From a bacterium (GTDB taxonomy: Bacteria; Eisenbacteria; RBG-16-71-46), in contig JAYWEM010000104.1 in the NCBI GenBank assembly GCA_043779265.1, positions 8-64,007 of the forward strand: DNA of 64,000 nt. The letters run 5' to 3'. A program made the translations under genes and the position numbers. The notes beneath the pieces are model-generated. The model was not told the origin of the DNA and did no database searches. It saw nothing but the letters and a program-made list of their open reading frames with translations. This document shows positions 1 to 9,309 of the stretch, piece by piece; position 1 is the first letter of the stretch, and the number at the start of each line of letters is the position of its first letter.

Positions 1-502
1 GCACCGGGTGCAGCGTCTTCAGCTCCGAGCCCCACGCGATGCCGCCTCGTTGCAGCGTGTAGTGGAGCGGCTTGATCCCGAGCGGGTCGCGCGCCAGATG
101 CAGCGTACGCGTGTCGCGGTCCCACAACGCCACCGCGAACATGCCCTCGAGCCGTGCCCACACGCCATCGCCCCACTCGATGAAGCCGCGCAGGATGCTC
201 TCGGTGTCGCTATGGGTGCGGAACGTGTGGCCCTTGGACTCCAGTTCGCGGCGCAGCGCCGGGTGATTGAAGATCTCGCCATTGAATGTGATCGAGTAGC
301 GGCCGTCCGCGCTGCTCATCGGCTGGTGCCCGCCTGCCACGTCCACGATCGCCAGGCGCCGCATGCCGAAGCCGAAGTCGCGATCGGTCAGCAGGCCCTC
401 GTCGTCAGGGCCGCGATGGACGATGGCGCTGCACATCGCCGAGACGACGCGGGTCTCCACCGTTCGGCCACCTCGCGCGTACCACCCGGCGATGCCGCAC
501 AT
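1..502 (-). CDS. asnB: Asparagine synthase (glutamine-hydrolysing), N-terminal part. The C-terminus lies outside the window.
   Basis: The reverse-strand translation starts MCGIAGWYARGG...HRGPDDEG...ITFNGEIFNH. This is the class-II glutamine amidotransferase N-terminus with the catalytic Cys2. The start codon sits at 500-502, immediately downstream of the GT4 stop at 503. Confidence 0.7.
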   Translation of the reverse strand, partial: MCGIAGWYARGGRTVETRVVSAMCSAIVHRGPDDEGLLTDRDFGFGMRRLAIVDVAGGHQPMSSADGRYSITFNGEIFNHPALRRELESKGHTFRTHSDTESILRGFIEWGDGVWARLEGMFAVALWDRDTRTLHLARDPLGIKPLHYTLQRGGIAWGSELKTLHPV

Positions 503-1516
503 TCAGGCTGCCCGCTTGCGGTGTTCGAGCGCCTGTCGGTACACCGTCAGCACGCGCTGCGCGACTCGCTCGATCGAGAGTTCGGCCACGGCATCGGGGC
601 CGTTGCTGCGCGTGCCGGCGGCCAGCACGCGAGCGGTCGCCTCGCTGAATGCCCCGGGTGTGCGCTCGGCGATCGCCGATGGCGTCACGCCGCGCAGGCG
701 CGCTTCGCAGTCGCCGACGGGGGCCGCCACAATGGGCAGGCCGCTGGCGAGCGCCTCCTTGACCGCATTGGGCGAGCCCTCATGGAACGAAGGCAGCAGC
801 AACACGTCGGCGGCACTCATCGCGATGGCGATACGCTCCTGCGGCTGGCCGAACAGATGCTCCAGTCGCACGTCGAGTCCGCGTGCGCGCAGCGTCGCCT
901 CGACGGCCTGCGCGAGTGGGAAGTTCTTGCGCGGCTCCTCGGGGTCGGCGGGGAACAGCAGCACCTGCCCATCCGCCCGCCAGCCCAGTTCGGTTCTCGC
1001 TTCGGCGCGCAGCCGGGCGCGGAACCGCGAGAAGTCGACGCCGTTCGGGATCACGTGCACGTCCTGGATGTCAGGCAGAGCGCGGCGCATCTCCTCGCTC
1101 TTCACGATCACCTGGTCGGCACGCGAGGCGGCATGGCGTGAGACGGGGATCAGGGCGCGGCTCTTCCAGCTCAAGCGGCCCTCGGCATCCGGGCGTCCCA
1201 GCAGGTCGTCGCCGCAGAAGCTGACCACGAGGGGCAGCGGCACGCGCAGCGCCGCGGCGCCCGAGAGCCCGTAGTGCGCGTGCACCAGCTCGGCACCGCA
1301 GGCGCGCGCCACATCGGGCAGCTCCCGCAGCGCGCGCAGGTAGCGCGACGTGCCCTTCCAGCCCTCGATCTCGTAGAGCGTGTTGTCGACGCCCGCGGCC
1401 ACTAGTGAGTCCACCTGCGAGCGCACGAACGCGCCCCAATGCGGGCGCTCCGGGCTCGGCCACATGTTGGTCACGGTCAGCAGTCGCATGGGCTCAGGCC
1501 AGCGCTCTCGCATCAC
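503..1516 (-). CDS. Glycosyltransferase family 4 (GT-B fold).
   Basis: A 337-aa ORF. The C-terminal EGSPNAVKEALASGLPIVA is the GT4 E-x7-E-like motif. It is tightly packed with asnB and the downstream gene. Confidence 0.75.
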   Translation of the reverse strand: MMRERWPEPMRLLTVTNMWPSPERPHWGAFVRSQVDSLVAAGVDNTLYEIEGWKGTSRYLRALRELPDVARACGAELVHAHYGLSGAAALRVPLPLVVSFCGDDLLGRPDAEGRLSWKSRALIPVSRHAASRADQVIVKSEEMRRALPDIQDVHVIPNGVDFSRFRARLRAEARTELGWRADGQVLLFPADPEEPRKNFPLAQAVEATLRARGLDVRLEHLFGQPQERIAIAMSAADVLLLPSFHEGSPNAVKEALASGLPIVAAPVGDCEARLRGVTPSAIAERTPGAFSEATARVLAAGTRSNGPDAVAELSIERVAQRVLTVYRQALEHRKRAA

Positions 1517-2600
1517 GAGCGCGCTCGGCGAAGTGGTAGAGGGTCATGGCGAGGTAGCGCGGGTAGTCGTTGCGATCGGAGAGGAAGCCATAGTCGCCGC
1601 GCGAGAAGTGGGTGAGCCCGCCGTCGGGCCTCTGGTGGTCGCGCACGAAGCGGAAGGTGCGGTCGGCCAGTGCCTGATGTGGCGCCCAACCGTACGCGCT
1701 CACCGTGTGGAGCGCCATGCCCACGGCATCGGCGTAGTACAGCACCTCGGGCGATTCGCTCGCGCAACTCGCGCGAACGGCGCCCGAGTCGAGCACGCCG
1801 GTCGCGAGGAAGGCGGCGAGTCGGATGGCAAGCGCCTGGGCGCGTGCATCGCCGTGCGCCTGCGCGTACCACGCGAGCTTCGTGCACTGGAACGCGTTGT
1901 ACTGATGACACAGGTAGTGCATCTGCGTGCGTGGCTCATGCGGTCCGGACAGTTCGTAGGGCAGTTCGCCCGAGGGCAGCATCACCGCCTCGAGGAACCC
2001 GAGCAGGTCGGCGACGCGATGCAGGTAGCGCGCGTCGCCGGTCGCAGTGGCGAAACGGCCGAGCACCCAGATCCACTCGCAGGTGTTGTTGGGCACCAGC
2101 CCGCGCGGCTTCTGGAAGTAGTTGACGCACAATCCGGCGGGATGCGGCTGATAGCCGATCTCACGCTCGACATAGCCGTGCCAGAGGAGCGCGGCATCGA
2201 GCCACGCGCGATCGCCGTCGCGCTCGAACGCCTCGAGCATCGCCACCGCGCCGAAGTCGCCCTCGACCGTGGCCACCAGATGCCGCCGCTCTCGCAGCGG
2301 ATAGGCCCACGCGCCATCGGGCCGCTGGCTGCCTCGAATCGCACGAGTGGCCGCCAGGGCGTCGGCATGGAATCCCGGTTCGCCCGTCACGTCGCCCAGC
2401 GTCCAGTTGGCGAGCGCCCAATAGGCCTGTCCCTGCAAAAAGAAGTAGCGCTCGCGCGGCCGCAACATCGGCAGGTAGCTCTTCACGAAGCGCCACACCC
2501 GGATGTTCCAGCGCACGCCCTGGTCGGCTCCCTCGAGCCGTCCCTCGTGCAGGTGGCGCGAGCGGATGTAGCCGTGCAGCGCGCGTGAGCTCTCGATCAT
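1494..2600 (-). CDS. Hypothetical protein, possibly alpha/alpha-toroid, in a polysaccharide locus.
   Basis: The ORF starts at MIESSRALHGY with the ATG at 2598-2600. It overlaps the upstream stop as ATGA. No motif was recognised. Confidence 0.5.
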   Translation of the reverse strand: MIESSRALHGYIRSRHLHEGRLEGADQGVRWNIRVWRFVKSYLPMLRPRERYFFLQGQAYWALANWTLGDVTGEPGFHADALAATRAIRGSQRPDGAWAYPLRERRHLVATVEGDFGAVAMLEAFERDGDRAWLDAALLWHGYVEREIGYQPHPAGLCVNYFQKPRGLVPNNTCEWIWVLGRFATATGDARYLHRVADLLGFLEAVMLPSGELPYELSGPHEPRTQMHYLCHQYNAFQCTKLAWYAQAHGDARAQALAIRLAAFLATGVLDSGAVRASCASESPEVLYYADAVGMALHTVSAYGWAPHQALADRTFRFVRDHQRPDGGLTHFSRGDYGFLSDRNDYPRYLAMTLYHFAERARDARALA

Positions 2601-5092
2601 CAGGGCAGCACCACGAGCGGCCGGTGCGCCGAACCTGTGGCGCTTCGCAGCCGCGCGAGGTAGAGCCCAGGCGCAGCGCGCGCGCCGGACGCATCGCGCA
2701 GGTCCCAGCCCCACGCCAGTTCGCTCGCCGCAGCGCTCACACGCTCGGTGCGGCGATGCACGAGCCGGCCCTGGACATCGATCACCTCGAGCGTCACGTC
2801 GCCCGGTTGGGGGAGGGCGAACGAGAATCGAACGAGGCTGCGCGCGGGATTGGGTGTTGGAGCGGCGAAGGTGAGGCGAGCGGGCGAGGGACCGTGCCCG
2901 ACGGCGACCGGGGCCGGTTGCGCCGAGGGGTCGTAGACCAGCACGCGCATCGAATCGATCGACAGCCCGTCCAGTTGCAGGTCGGGATCGCTCGCCATGC
3001 GCAGCCGCAGTCGCACCGATGTGGCGCCGCTGCCGCCCGCGAACTTACTGAGGTCGGCGCGATCCTGGGACCACAGCCAGCGCGATCCGCCGAACACCGG
3101 TTGGCCGCCCAGGCCGAGCGCGCTGCCGGGGTCATCGGGGGTGCTGCCGGCGGCCGCGAGCGGAGCCCAGGTCGTGCCGTCCTGGCTCGCTTCCAACACG
3201 GCGCCGTCACGCCGACACTCGTACACCCAGCGGTCCTCGAACAGCAGCCAGGCGCGCGTGCCCGCCGAGAGATCGAACGGCGTGTTCAAGGTGAGTGAGC
3301 GCGAGACGTTGGGCGCGTACGCGCCGGCCGGGCTGTCATCGAGATAGCGACTCGGATGACGCGCATCGCCGCTCACGACGCCCCATCCACCACTCGAGGC
3401 CCAGCCGCCGATCGAGTCGAAGCTCTCGACCCAGACGACGGTCGGTGTGCCGACGATGACATCAACCGTATCGCGACCCCGGAATCCGACGGCATCGCTC
3501 CACTCGATGCGGAACCGCACCATGCGGCCGGGCGTCATCGTGTCCACCGCCGCCACCACGAACGACGCACCGCCCGAGGGTTCGGCGTCGCTGAAGGGGG
3601 AGAGCGACGGATAGCCGATCGGGCCCGAGAGCACTTCGGCCTCGGGCGAAAGCGACACGAGCGTCGCGGTGAGCGAGGGTCCCGCGGTGCCCTGGGCCCC
3701 GTAATGACGCGCACGCACGATGAGGTGCGCCGCATGCCCGGCGTTCAGGGTGCCCTCGATGAGTCGCGTCGCCGAAGCACGCACCCACGGCCCGGCGATC
3801 GCGGCGGCCTCGAGGCTGGGCCGCAACATGCTCGCGTTGCGCGCTGCAAGGCCCGACATGGGCGGCCAGTGTCCGTCACTCGTGCCGCCGACCTCGGGCG
3901 TCCACGCGTAGCCGCGGGGCTTCAGGAGCGTGTCGCCATAGAACCAGTCGGTGAACTCGCCGTTGACCTGGTAGAGGATCCGCGGTCCCGGTCCCACGGT
4001 CAGGCCGCTGCGATTCGTCATCCGGTCGCTCCACTCCTGGAAGCGCGTGGAGTCGGGTGTGCCCTGCGGCGTCCAGCCCCACGGGTGGATCAAGATGTCC
4101 CCATTCGTGTGGTAGGACAGGCCGCTCACGGGCCGCAGGCCTGCGATGAGGTCGCGCTGCGCCTGCGTCTCCACTTCGGAGAATGCCGAGGGCCCGCGAT
4201 AGGTGCTCGACGACGGAGTGCCGCTCGAGCCGATGTTGTTGAACCCCCACTGATGTCCGTAGTTGCGATTGGGGTCGACGCCATCGCCGAAGTCGGTCAC
4301 GCCATTGCCGTTGTTGTCGCGCAGCGTCTTGCGCCAGAAGCCGAACGAAGCGGTGGAGTCGTAGATGGTCTGGTTGTATCGATAGCCATCGGGATTGACG
4401 ACCGGCACGATGTAGATGCGGCGCTGATCCAGGAGCGCTGTGATCTCGGCATCGCCACCGTCCCGCGTCAGCAACTGATCCACGAAGTGGAGCAGCGCGT
4501 GCATGCTGCCGGGTTCGCGCGCGTGGGTGAGCGAGTTGAAGAACGCGACCGGGCGAGTGTCGGGGCCGATGACGCGACGGCCGATCGCGAGTCCCCAGAT
4601 GGGGCGGCCATGGAGCGAGTAGCCCACCGTATCGATCTTGTCGGCCACGGCATCGCGCGTGTCGGCGGCCACCATGTCATCGAGTCGCAGCTTCACCTCA
4701 TCGAGCGACCAGTAGCCACCGACGCTGCCCGTTCCCTCCGCGGGCGCCGTGCCGGTGCGCTTGGCGGCGGCTCGCCGCGCGCGGCCCTCTGGACTCACGG
4801 CCTCACGTCTTGCGAGTTCGGCTGCGGTGCGGCCGGGGTCGGCATCGACCAATCGATAGCGTGCTCCGAGCGAGCGCAGGCGCGCTTCATCGCCCGGCCA
4901 CAGCAGCACGTCGGTCCAGGTCGGTGCCGCGCCATCCAACACATCGAAGCCGCCCTCGAGCAACTGCGTCATCGAGGTCGAGCCATCGAAGGCCACTCGC
5001 ACCAGCCGGGGCGGCTCCGCCGCCACCGGACAGGCGAGGCACACCGACGCCGCGAGCGTGGCGGCGTACAGAACGCGCGGCATCCGGGGCAT
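2600..5092 (-). CDS. Secreted M14 zinc carboxypeptidase with a C-terminal FlgD-Ig/T9SS-like sorting domain.
   Basis: It starts with the signal peptide MPRMPRVLYAATLAASVCLA. It has the HxxE zinc motif (THAREPG), and VVNPDGY, NRNYG and HTNGDILIHPWGW M14 signatures. The C-terminal end is ...GLYLARLRSATGSAHRPLVVLP. Confidence 0.8.
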   Translation of the reverse strand: MPRMPRVLYAATLAASVCLACPVAAEPPRLVRVAFDGSTSMTQLLEGGFDVLDGAAPTWTDVLLWPGDEARLRSLGARYRLVDADPGRTAAELARREAVSPEGRARRAAAKRTGTAPAEGTGSVGGYWSLDEVKLRLDDMVAADTRDAVADKIDTVGYSLHGRPIWGLAIGRRVIGPDTRPVAFFNSLTHAREPGSMHALLHFVDQLLTRDGGDAEITALLDQRRIYIVPVVNPDGYRYNQTIYDSTASFGFWRKTLRDNNGNGVTDFGDGVDPNRNYGHQWGFNNIGSSGTPSSSTYRGPSAFSEVETQAQRDLIAGLRPVSGLSYHTNGDILIHPWGWTPQGTPDSTRFQEWSDRMTNRSGLTVGPGPRILYQVNGEFTDWFYGDTLLKPRGYAWTPEVGGTSDGHWPPMSGLAARNASMLRPSLEAAAIAGPWVRASATRLIEGTLNAGHAAHLIVRARHYGAQGTAGPSLTATLVSLSPEAEVLSGPIGYPSLSPFSDAEPSGGASFVVAAVDTMTPGRMVRFRIEWSDAVGFRGRDTVDVIVGTPTVVWVESFDSIGGWASSGGWGVVSGDARHPSRYLDDSPAGAYAPNVSRSLTLNTPFDLSAGTRAWLLFEDRWVYECRRDGAVLEASQDGTTWAPLAAAGSTPDDPGSALGLGGQPVFGGSRWLWSQDRADLSKFAGGSGATSVRLRLRMASDPDLQLDGLSIDSMRVLVYDPSAQPAPVAVGHGPSPARLTFAAPTPNPARSLVRFSFALPQPGDVTLEVIDVQGRLVHRRTERVSAAASELAWGWDLRDASGARAAPGLYLARLRSATGSAHRPLVVLP

Positions 5093-5252
5093 CGGCTTCT
5101 CCGGGGGATCGAGGATTCGTGCTCGGCGGAGCCCATCGAGTGTAGCCCGCCGCTCCCGGCCGCTGCCACCCGTGAACTGCATGGTGCCTCGCGAGTTGCA
5201 CGGCCGCTGGGCCGTGCCAGCGGGCGCGGACTGCACTATCCTGTGTGCTCCC

Positions 5253-5945
5253 ATGCCCACGCCCACCGCCTCCCTCGTCTGGCTGTTCGATGTCGATGGC
5301 ACGCTCCTGACCACCGAGCGTTCGGGTCAGCGGTCGATGGCGATGGCGCTCGAGGAGTGCCACGGCATCCGCGACGACCTCTCGGGCATCCGATTCTCGG
5401 GGCGCACCGACCCGCTGATCGTCGCGGACATCCTGGCGCGGCACGCGCTGTCGCCTGACGAGGCGGCGCTCGATCGGCTGTGGGACAGCATGCTCGCGCA
5501 CATGCGGCGCCTGATGACGCCACCGCGAGGCGGCCTGCTGGCGGGCGTTCCCGCGATGCTCGATGCCGTCGCTGCCGAGCCTCGCTGGGTGAGCGCCCTG
5601 CTGACCGGGAATCGTACCGAGATGGCGCGCATCAAGCTCTCGTCGTTCGGTGCGTGGGACCGCTTCTCGTTCGGGACGTTCGGCGAGGAGGGAGTCGATC
5701 GCAATGGACTCGCCTGCCTCGCCGTCGAGCGCGCAGCCGAGCGCCACGGCGTCACGCCCGAGCGCTGCATCGTGGTGGGCGACACCGAGCATGATGTCGC
5801 CTGTGCGAGAGCCGCCGGTGCGCGCGCCGTTGCGGTGGCGACCGGTGCTCGAACGCGGGCCGAGCTGGCCGAGAGCGCACCCGACCTGCTGCTCGAGGAC
5901 CTGCGCGATGCCGCGCCCATGCTCGAGTGGGCGCGCGGGCTGTGA
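5253..5945 (+). CDS. HAD-superfamily hydrolase (subfamily IA-like).
   Basis: It has the LVWLFDVDGTLL motif I (DxDGT) and the C-terminal VVGDTEHDV motif IV. The ATG is at 5253. Confidence 0.75.
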   Translation: MPTPTASLVWLFDVDGTLLTTERSGQRSMAMALEECHGIRDDLSGIRFSGRTDPLIVADILARHALSPDEAALDRLWDSMLAHMRRLMTPPRGGLLAGVPAMLDAVAAEPRWVSALLTGNRTEMARIKLSSFGAWDRFSFGTFGEEGVDRNGLACLAVERAAERHGVTPERCIVVGDTEHDVACARAAGARAVAVATGARTRAELAESAPDLLLEDLRDAAPMLEWARGL

Positions 5946-6469
5946 GCCGGGGTGATTCCGTGCTCGCCGGGCCGAGGCGAATCCAGCTGAGTCTCTACGT
6001 GCCTTCGGCCCAGGCGGGCGAACTGGAGCGCGTGCGGCGCGCCCTCGATCCGGTGCAGGCCGCCTTGATCCCCGCACACGTCACGCTCTGCCGTGATGAG
6101 GAGGCGATCGAGGTGGATGCCGAGACGATCTCCGCTCGACTGCTCGCATCCGGGCTACGGCCGATCACGCTTCGTTTCGGCATCCCGCGCCCTTTCAGCG
6201 GCCACGGCCTGCTTCTGCCTTGCATCGACGGTCGAGCGGCGTTCGACGCCGTGCGCGGGTGCGTGCTCGGTGGCACTCCGATTCGAGCCCAGGAACCTCA
6301 TCTCACTCTGGCGCATCCCCGCAATCCGAGGGTGGAGGTCGATCGCAGCGAGATACTCGCAGGCTGGCCTGAGGAGATCTCGGTCGAGTTCCCGAGCGTT
6401 CGGCTCATCGAGCAGCGAAGCGGCGCGCCGTGGCGAGTGGTGAGGGAGTTCGCGCTCGCGATCGCCTGA
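5927..6469 (+). CDS. 2H phosphoesterase superfamily (LigT/ThpR-like 2'-5' RNA ligase or cyclic phosphodiesterase).
   Basis: It has two H-x-T-x motifs, AHVTLCRD and PHLTLAHP. It starts at a GTG that overlaps the HAD stop. The start codon is uncertain. Confidence 0.6.
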   Translation: MGARAVSRGDSVLAGPRRIQLSLYVPSAQAGELERVRRALDPVQAALIPAHVTLCRDEEAIEVDAETISARLLASGLRPITLRFGIPRPFSGHGLLLPCIDGRAAFDAVRGCVLGGTPIRAQEPHLTLAHPRNPRVEVDRSEILAGWPEEISVEFPSVRLIEQRSGAPWRVVREFALAIA

Positions 6470-6494
6470 GCGCTCGCGAGGCAGAAGCCGCCCC

Positions 6495-7118
6495 TCAGCC
6501 GCCGTTGTTCTCGTCGACTTTGCGGCGGGCGGTGACCATGTACTCGAGCGCGGTGTCGAGATCGTGCGCGACCGGTGCGTTGGGGAACTCGTCGACCAGC
6601 ACCTGCACCGGGCGATAGAGCACCGGGAAGTCGCAGCTCGCCAGCAATGAACGGTCGTTCATCGAGTCGCCCATCGCCGCCACGCGGTAGCCGGCGAGCT
6701 TGAAGCCCGACACGATGCGCTCCTTCTGGCCGCGGATGCGGAGCGTGAAGCCCTTGATGATGCCGCCGGTGTCGAGATCGAAGCGATTCGAGAACAGGTT
6801 CACGCCGCCCAGGCGCGCGGCCAGGGGATCGCTGAACTCATGGAACGTGTCCGAGATGATCACCACGTTGCCCATGGGGCGGAGTCGCTCGATGAATTCG
6901 CGAGCACCGAGGTAGGGCTGCACGGCGTGCGCGATGGTCTGGAGTTCCTTGAGCGTCAGCCCGGCTTTGCGGGCTGCGGCGATCCGGTGGCCCATGAGCT
7001 CGGAGAAATCGGCGACATCGCGAGTGGTGAGCGAGAACTCGGCGACACCGAAGTGCTGGCCAAGGGCGGGCCAGATCTCGGGGGCGAGTACGCCTTCAAG
7101 GTCGAGTGCGAAGATCAT
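6495..7118 (-). CDS. thrH: ThrH-like HAD enzyme (phosphoserine phosphatase and homoserine phosphotransferase family).
   Basis: It starts MIFALDLEGVLAPEIW...VVIISDTFHEFSDPLAARLG...AAMGDSMNDRSLL. It aligns along its length with ThrH from Pseudomonas and is 207 aa. The start was chosen at the ATG at 7116-7118. Confidence 0.75.
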   Translation of the reverse strand: MIFALDLEGVLAPEIWPALGQHFGVAEFSLTTRDVADFSELMGHRIAAARKAGLTLKELQTIAHAVQPYLGAREFIERLRPMGNVVIISDTFHEFSDPLAARLGGVNLFSNRFDLDTGGIIKGFTLRIRGQKERIVSGFKLAGYRVAAMGDSMNDRSLLASCDFPVLYRPVQVLVDEFPNAPVAHDLDTALEYMVTARRKVDENNGG

Positions 7119-7206
7119 GGGAGGGCGCACCCTAGCAGAGGGCAGCCCAAGCTGCTGGCCTGGAACAAGATAAGGCTGTGAATCGTCTTGACGAGAAAAA
7201 ATCAAG

Positions 7207-7235
7207 TTGACGCGGTGCTTTGCCGAAAATATTCT
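7207..7235 (+). promoter_or_regulatory. Sigma70-like promoter for the lrp-lat operon: TTGACG, 17 nt, TATTCT.
   Basis: A near-consensus -35 and -10 pair with 17-nt spacing lies 7 nt upstream of the Lrp ATG. It sits in an intergenic region divergent from thrH. Confidence 0.45.
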
Positions 7236-7241
7236 AGTCTC

Positions 7242-7739
7242 ATGCCAAAGAAACGCGCAGCACCCCATCCGCTGGACGACAAGGACCGCCGCATCCTCTC
7301 GCTGGTCCAGCGAGACGGTGCGATGGCCCAGGCCCAGATGGCCAAGAAGGTCGGGCTCTCGACCGCCGCGGTGAACGAGCGGCTCAAGAAGCTCGAGGTC
7401 TCGGGCGTGCTGCGTCGCTGGACCGCCATCGTGGACCCGAAAGCCGTGGGCGCCACGGTGACGGCCTTCGTCGAGGTGTTCTTCGAACATCCCCGCTTCG
7501 AGACGGGGTTCATCGAACGTGTGAAGCGGCTCGATGAGGTGCTCGAGTGCCATCACATCACCGGGGAGTTCTCGCTGTTGCTCAAGTTGCGCACGACGGA
7601 CATGGAGTCGCTGCAGGAGCTGCTTCTCTCGCAACTGTCGTCGCAGGAAGGCGTGCGCCAGACCCGCACGGTCATGGCGCTGTCCACCGTGAAGGAAGAG
7701 ACCTACGTCGATCCGACGGAGAGAGGAGCCTCATCATGA
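7242..7739 (+). CDS. lrp: Lrp/AsnC-family transcriptional regulator.
   Basis: It starts MPKKRAAPHPLDDKDRRILSLVQRDG with an N-terminal HTH, and has a C-terminal RAM domain. Its stop overlaps the lat start as ATGA. Confidence 0.8.
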   Translation: MPKKRAAPHPLDDKDRRILSLVQRDGAMAQAQMAKKVGLSTAAVNERLKKLEVSGVLRRWTAIVDPKAVGATVTAFVEVFFEHPRFETGFIERVKRLDEVLECHHITGEFSLLLKLRTTDMESLQELLLSQLSSQEGVRQTRTVMALSTVKEETYVDPTERGASS

Positions 7740-9076
7740 AGAGCCGCAAGATCGCCCCGGCCGACGTGCACGCGTCGCTCGCCCGCCACATCCTGGCGGA
7801 CGGCTACGACATCGTTCTCGACCTGGACAAGAGCACGGGCCGCCGCATGTACGACGCGAAGCGCGACCGCTGGTATCTCGACATGTTCTCGTGCTTCGCC
7901 ACCTTCCCGGTGGGCATCAACCACCCGCGGATGCGCGAGGCCGAATACCTCGAGAAGCTGACGCGCGCCGCGATCGTGAACCCGACCAACTCCGATATCT
8001 TCACCCGCGAGTACGCCGAGTTCGTCGACACGTTCAGCCGCGTGGGTATCCCGGCCCGTATGCCGCATGCGTTCTTCGTGGCGGGCGGGGCATTGGCGGT
8101 GGAGAACGCGCTCAAGGCGGCGATGGACTGGAAGGTCCGCCGCAACCTGCGCGCCGGCAAGGGCGAGAAGGGCACGCAGGTGCTGCATTTCAAGGACGCC
8201 TTCCACGGACGCACCGGCTACACGCTGTCGCTCACGAACACGGCCGACCCCCGCAAGTACCAGTACTTCGCCCGGTTCGATTGGCCGCGCGTCGCGCATG
8301 CCGCGATGCGATTCCCGGTCGATGCCGCCGAGACGGTGCGCGTCGAGGCGGCCGAGCGTGCCTCGCTCGCCGAGGTGCGGGCGGCGTTCGCAGCGCGTCC
8401 CGATGAGATCTGCGCCATCTTGATCGAGCCGATCCAGGCCGAGGGCGGCGATCATCACTTTCGTGCCGAGTACCTGCAGGCGCTGCAGGCGATCGCACAC
8501 GAGCACGACGCACTGTTCGTCGTCGATGAAGTGCAGACCGGAGTCGGGCTGACCGGCAAGTTCTGGGCGCACGAGCATTTCGGGATCCAGCCCGACCTGC
8601 TCGCATTCGGCAAGAAGATGCAGGTGTGCGGCATCCTCGCCGGCGGACGCATGGATGAGGAGCCGGAGAACGTCTTCAAGATCAAGAGCCGCATCAACAG
8701 CACATGGGGCGGCAACCTGGCCGACATGGTGCGCGTGCAGCGCTACCTGGAGATCATCGAGGAGGAGAAGCTGCTCGAGAACTCCACGACCGTGGGTGCG
8801 CATCTACTGGCCGGACTCCAGGCGCTGCAGGGCTCGATGCCCGATGTGTTCAACAACGCACGCGGCCGCGGCCTGATGGCAGCGATCGACTTCCCCGACA
8901 CGCAGCACCGCAACGCGGCGGCCGCCAAGGCCTACGAGTTGGGGATGATCATCCTGCCATGCGGTCATCGCAGCCTGCGGTTCCGTCCGCCGATCGACGT
9001 GTCTGCGACCGAAGTGGACGAGGCGCTCGAAGTCGTCGAGCGCGCGGCCAAGGCAGTGACGGCCAAGAGCGCCTAG
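7736..9076 (+). CDS. lat: L-lysine 6-aminotransferase (class III PLP aminotransferase).
   Basis: It starts MKSRKIAP...MFSCFATFPVGINHP...LIEPIQAEGGDHHF...VVDEVQTGVGLTGKFWAHEHF. This is typical of Lat. An RBS, GAGAGGAG, lies upstream. Confidence 0.8.
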   Translation: MKSRKIAPADVHASLARHILADGYDIVLDLDKSTGRRMYDAKRDRWYLDMFSCFATFPVGINHPRMREAEYLEKLTRAAIVNPTNSDIFTREYAEFVDTFSRVGIPARMPHAFFVAGGALAVENALKAAMDWKVRRNLRAGKGEKGTQVLHFKDAFHGRTGYTLSLTNTADPRKYQYFARFDWPRVAHAAMRFPVDAAETVRVEAAERASLAEVRAAFAARPDEICAILIEPIQAEGGDHHFRAEYLQALQAIAHEHDALFVVDEVQTGVGLTGKFWAHEHFGIQPDLLAFGKKMQVCGILAGGRMDEEPENVFKIKSRINSTWGGNLADMVRVQRYLEIIEEEKLLENSTTVGAHLLAGLQALQGSMPDVFNNARGRGLMAAIDFPDTQHRNAAAAKAYELGMIILPCGHRSLRFRPPIDVSATEVDEALEVVERAAKAVTAKSA

Positions 9077-9101
9077 GCGCCCGCTGCATCGGAAGCAGAG
9101 A

Positions 9102-9133
9102 GGGCCCCCGCGTCGTCCGCGGGGGCCTTTCTG
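9102..9133 (+). terminator. Rho-independent terminator after lat.
   Basis: The stem is GGGCCCCCGCG and CGCGGGGGCC around a TCGTC loop. It is followed by TTTCTG. Confidence 0.6.
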
Positions 9134-9309
9134 CCCCGGCGCAGGGCTCCGGCCCGTGGGCACTCCCGCGTGCGAAATCAGGCACACGTGCGAAATCAGG
9201 TATGGCTGCGTTTCCCCTTGTGTCGCTATGCTCACTCCGGCGATTCGCTTCTCGGCAGCCACCTCCCGGCTCCTGGCAGAGCCCGCCGCCCATCGAGGAG
9301 GACACGCCC

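Noticed and set aside
8-1141. A 377-aa plus-strand ORF, and other long ORFs antisense to strong genes (for example 3356-5458, 9744-12413 minus, 16068-18284, 24736-26826, 38678-40090, 20877-22442).
   Set aside because: In about 70% GC DNA, stop codons are rare in all frames. These ORFs are Arg, Ala and Pro-rich, lack motifs, and fully overlap genes that have clear family signatures on the opposite strand or in another frame.
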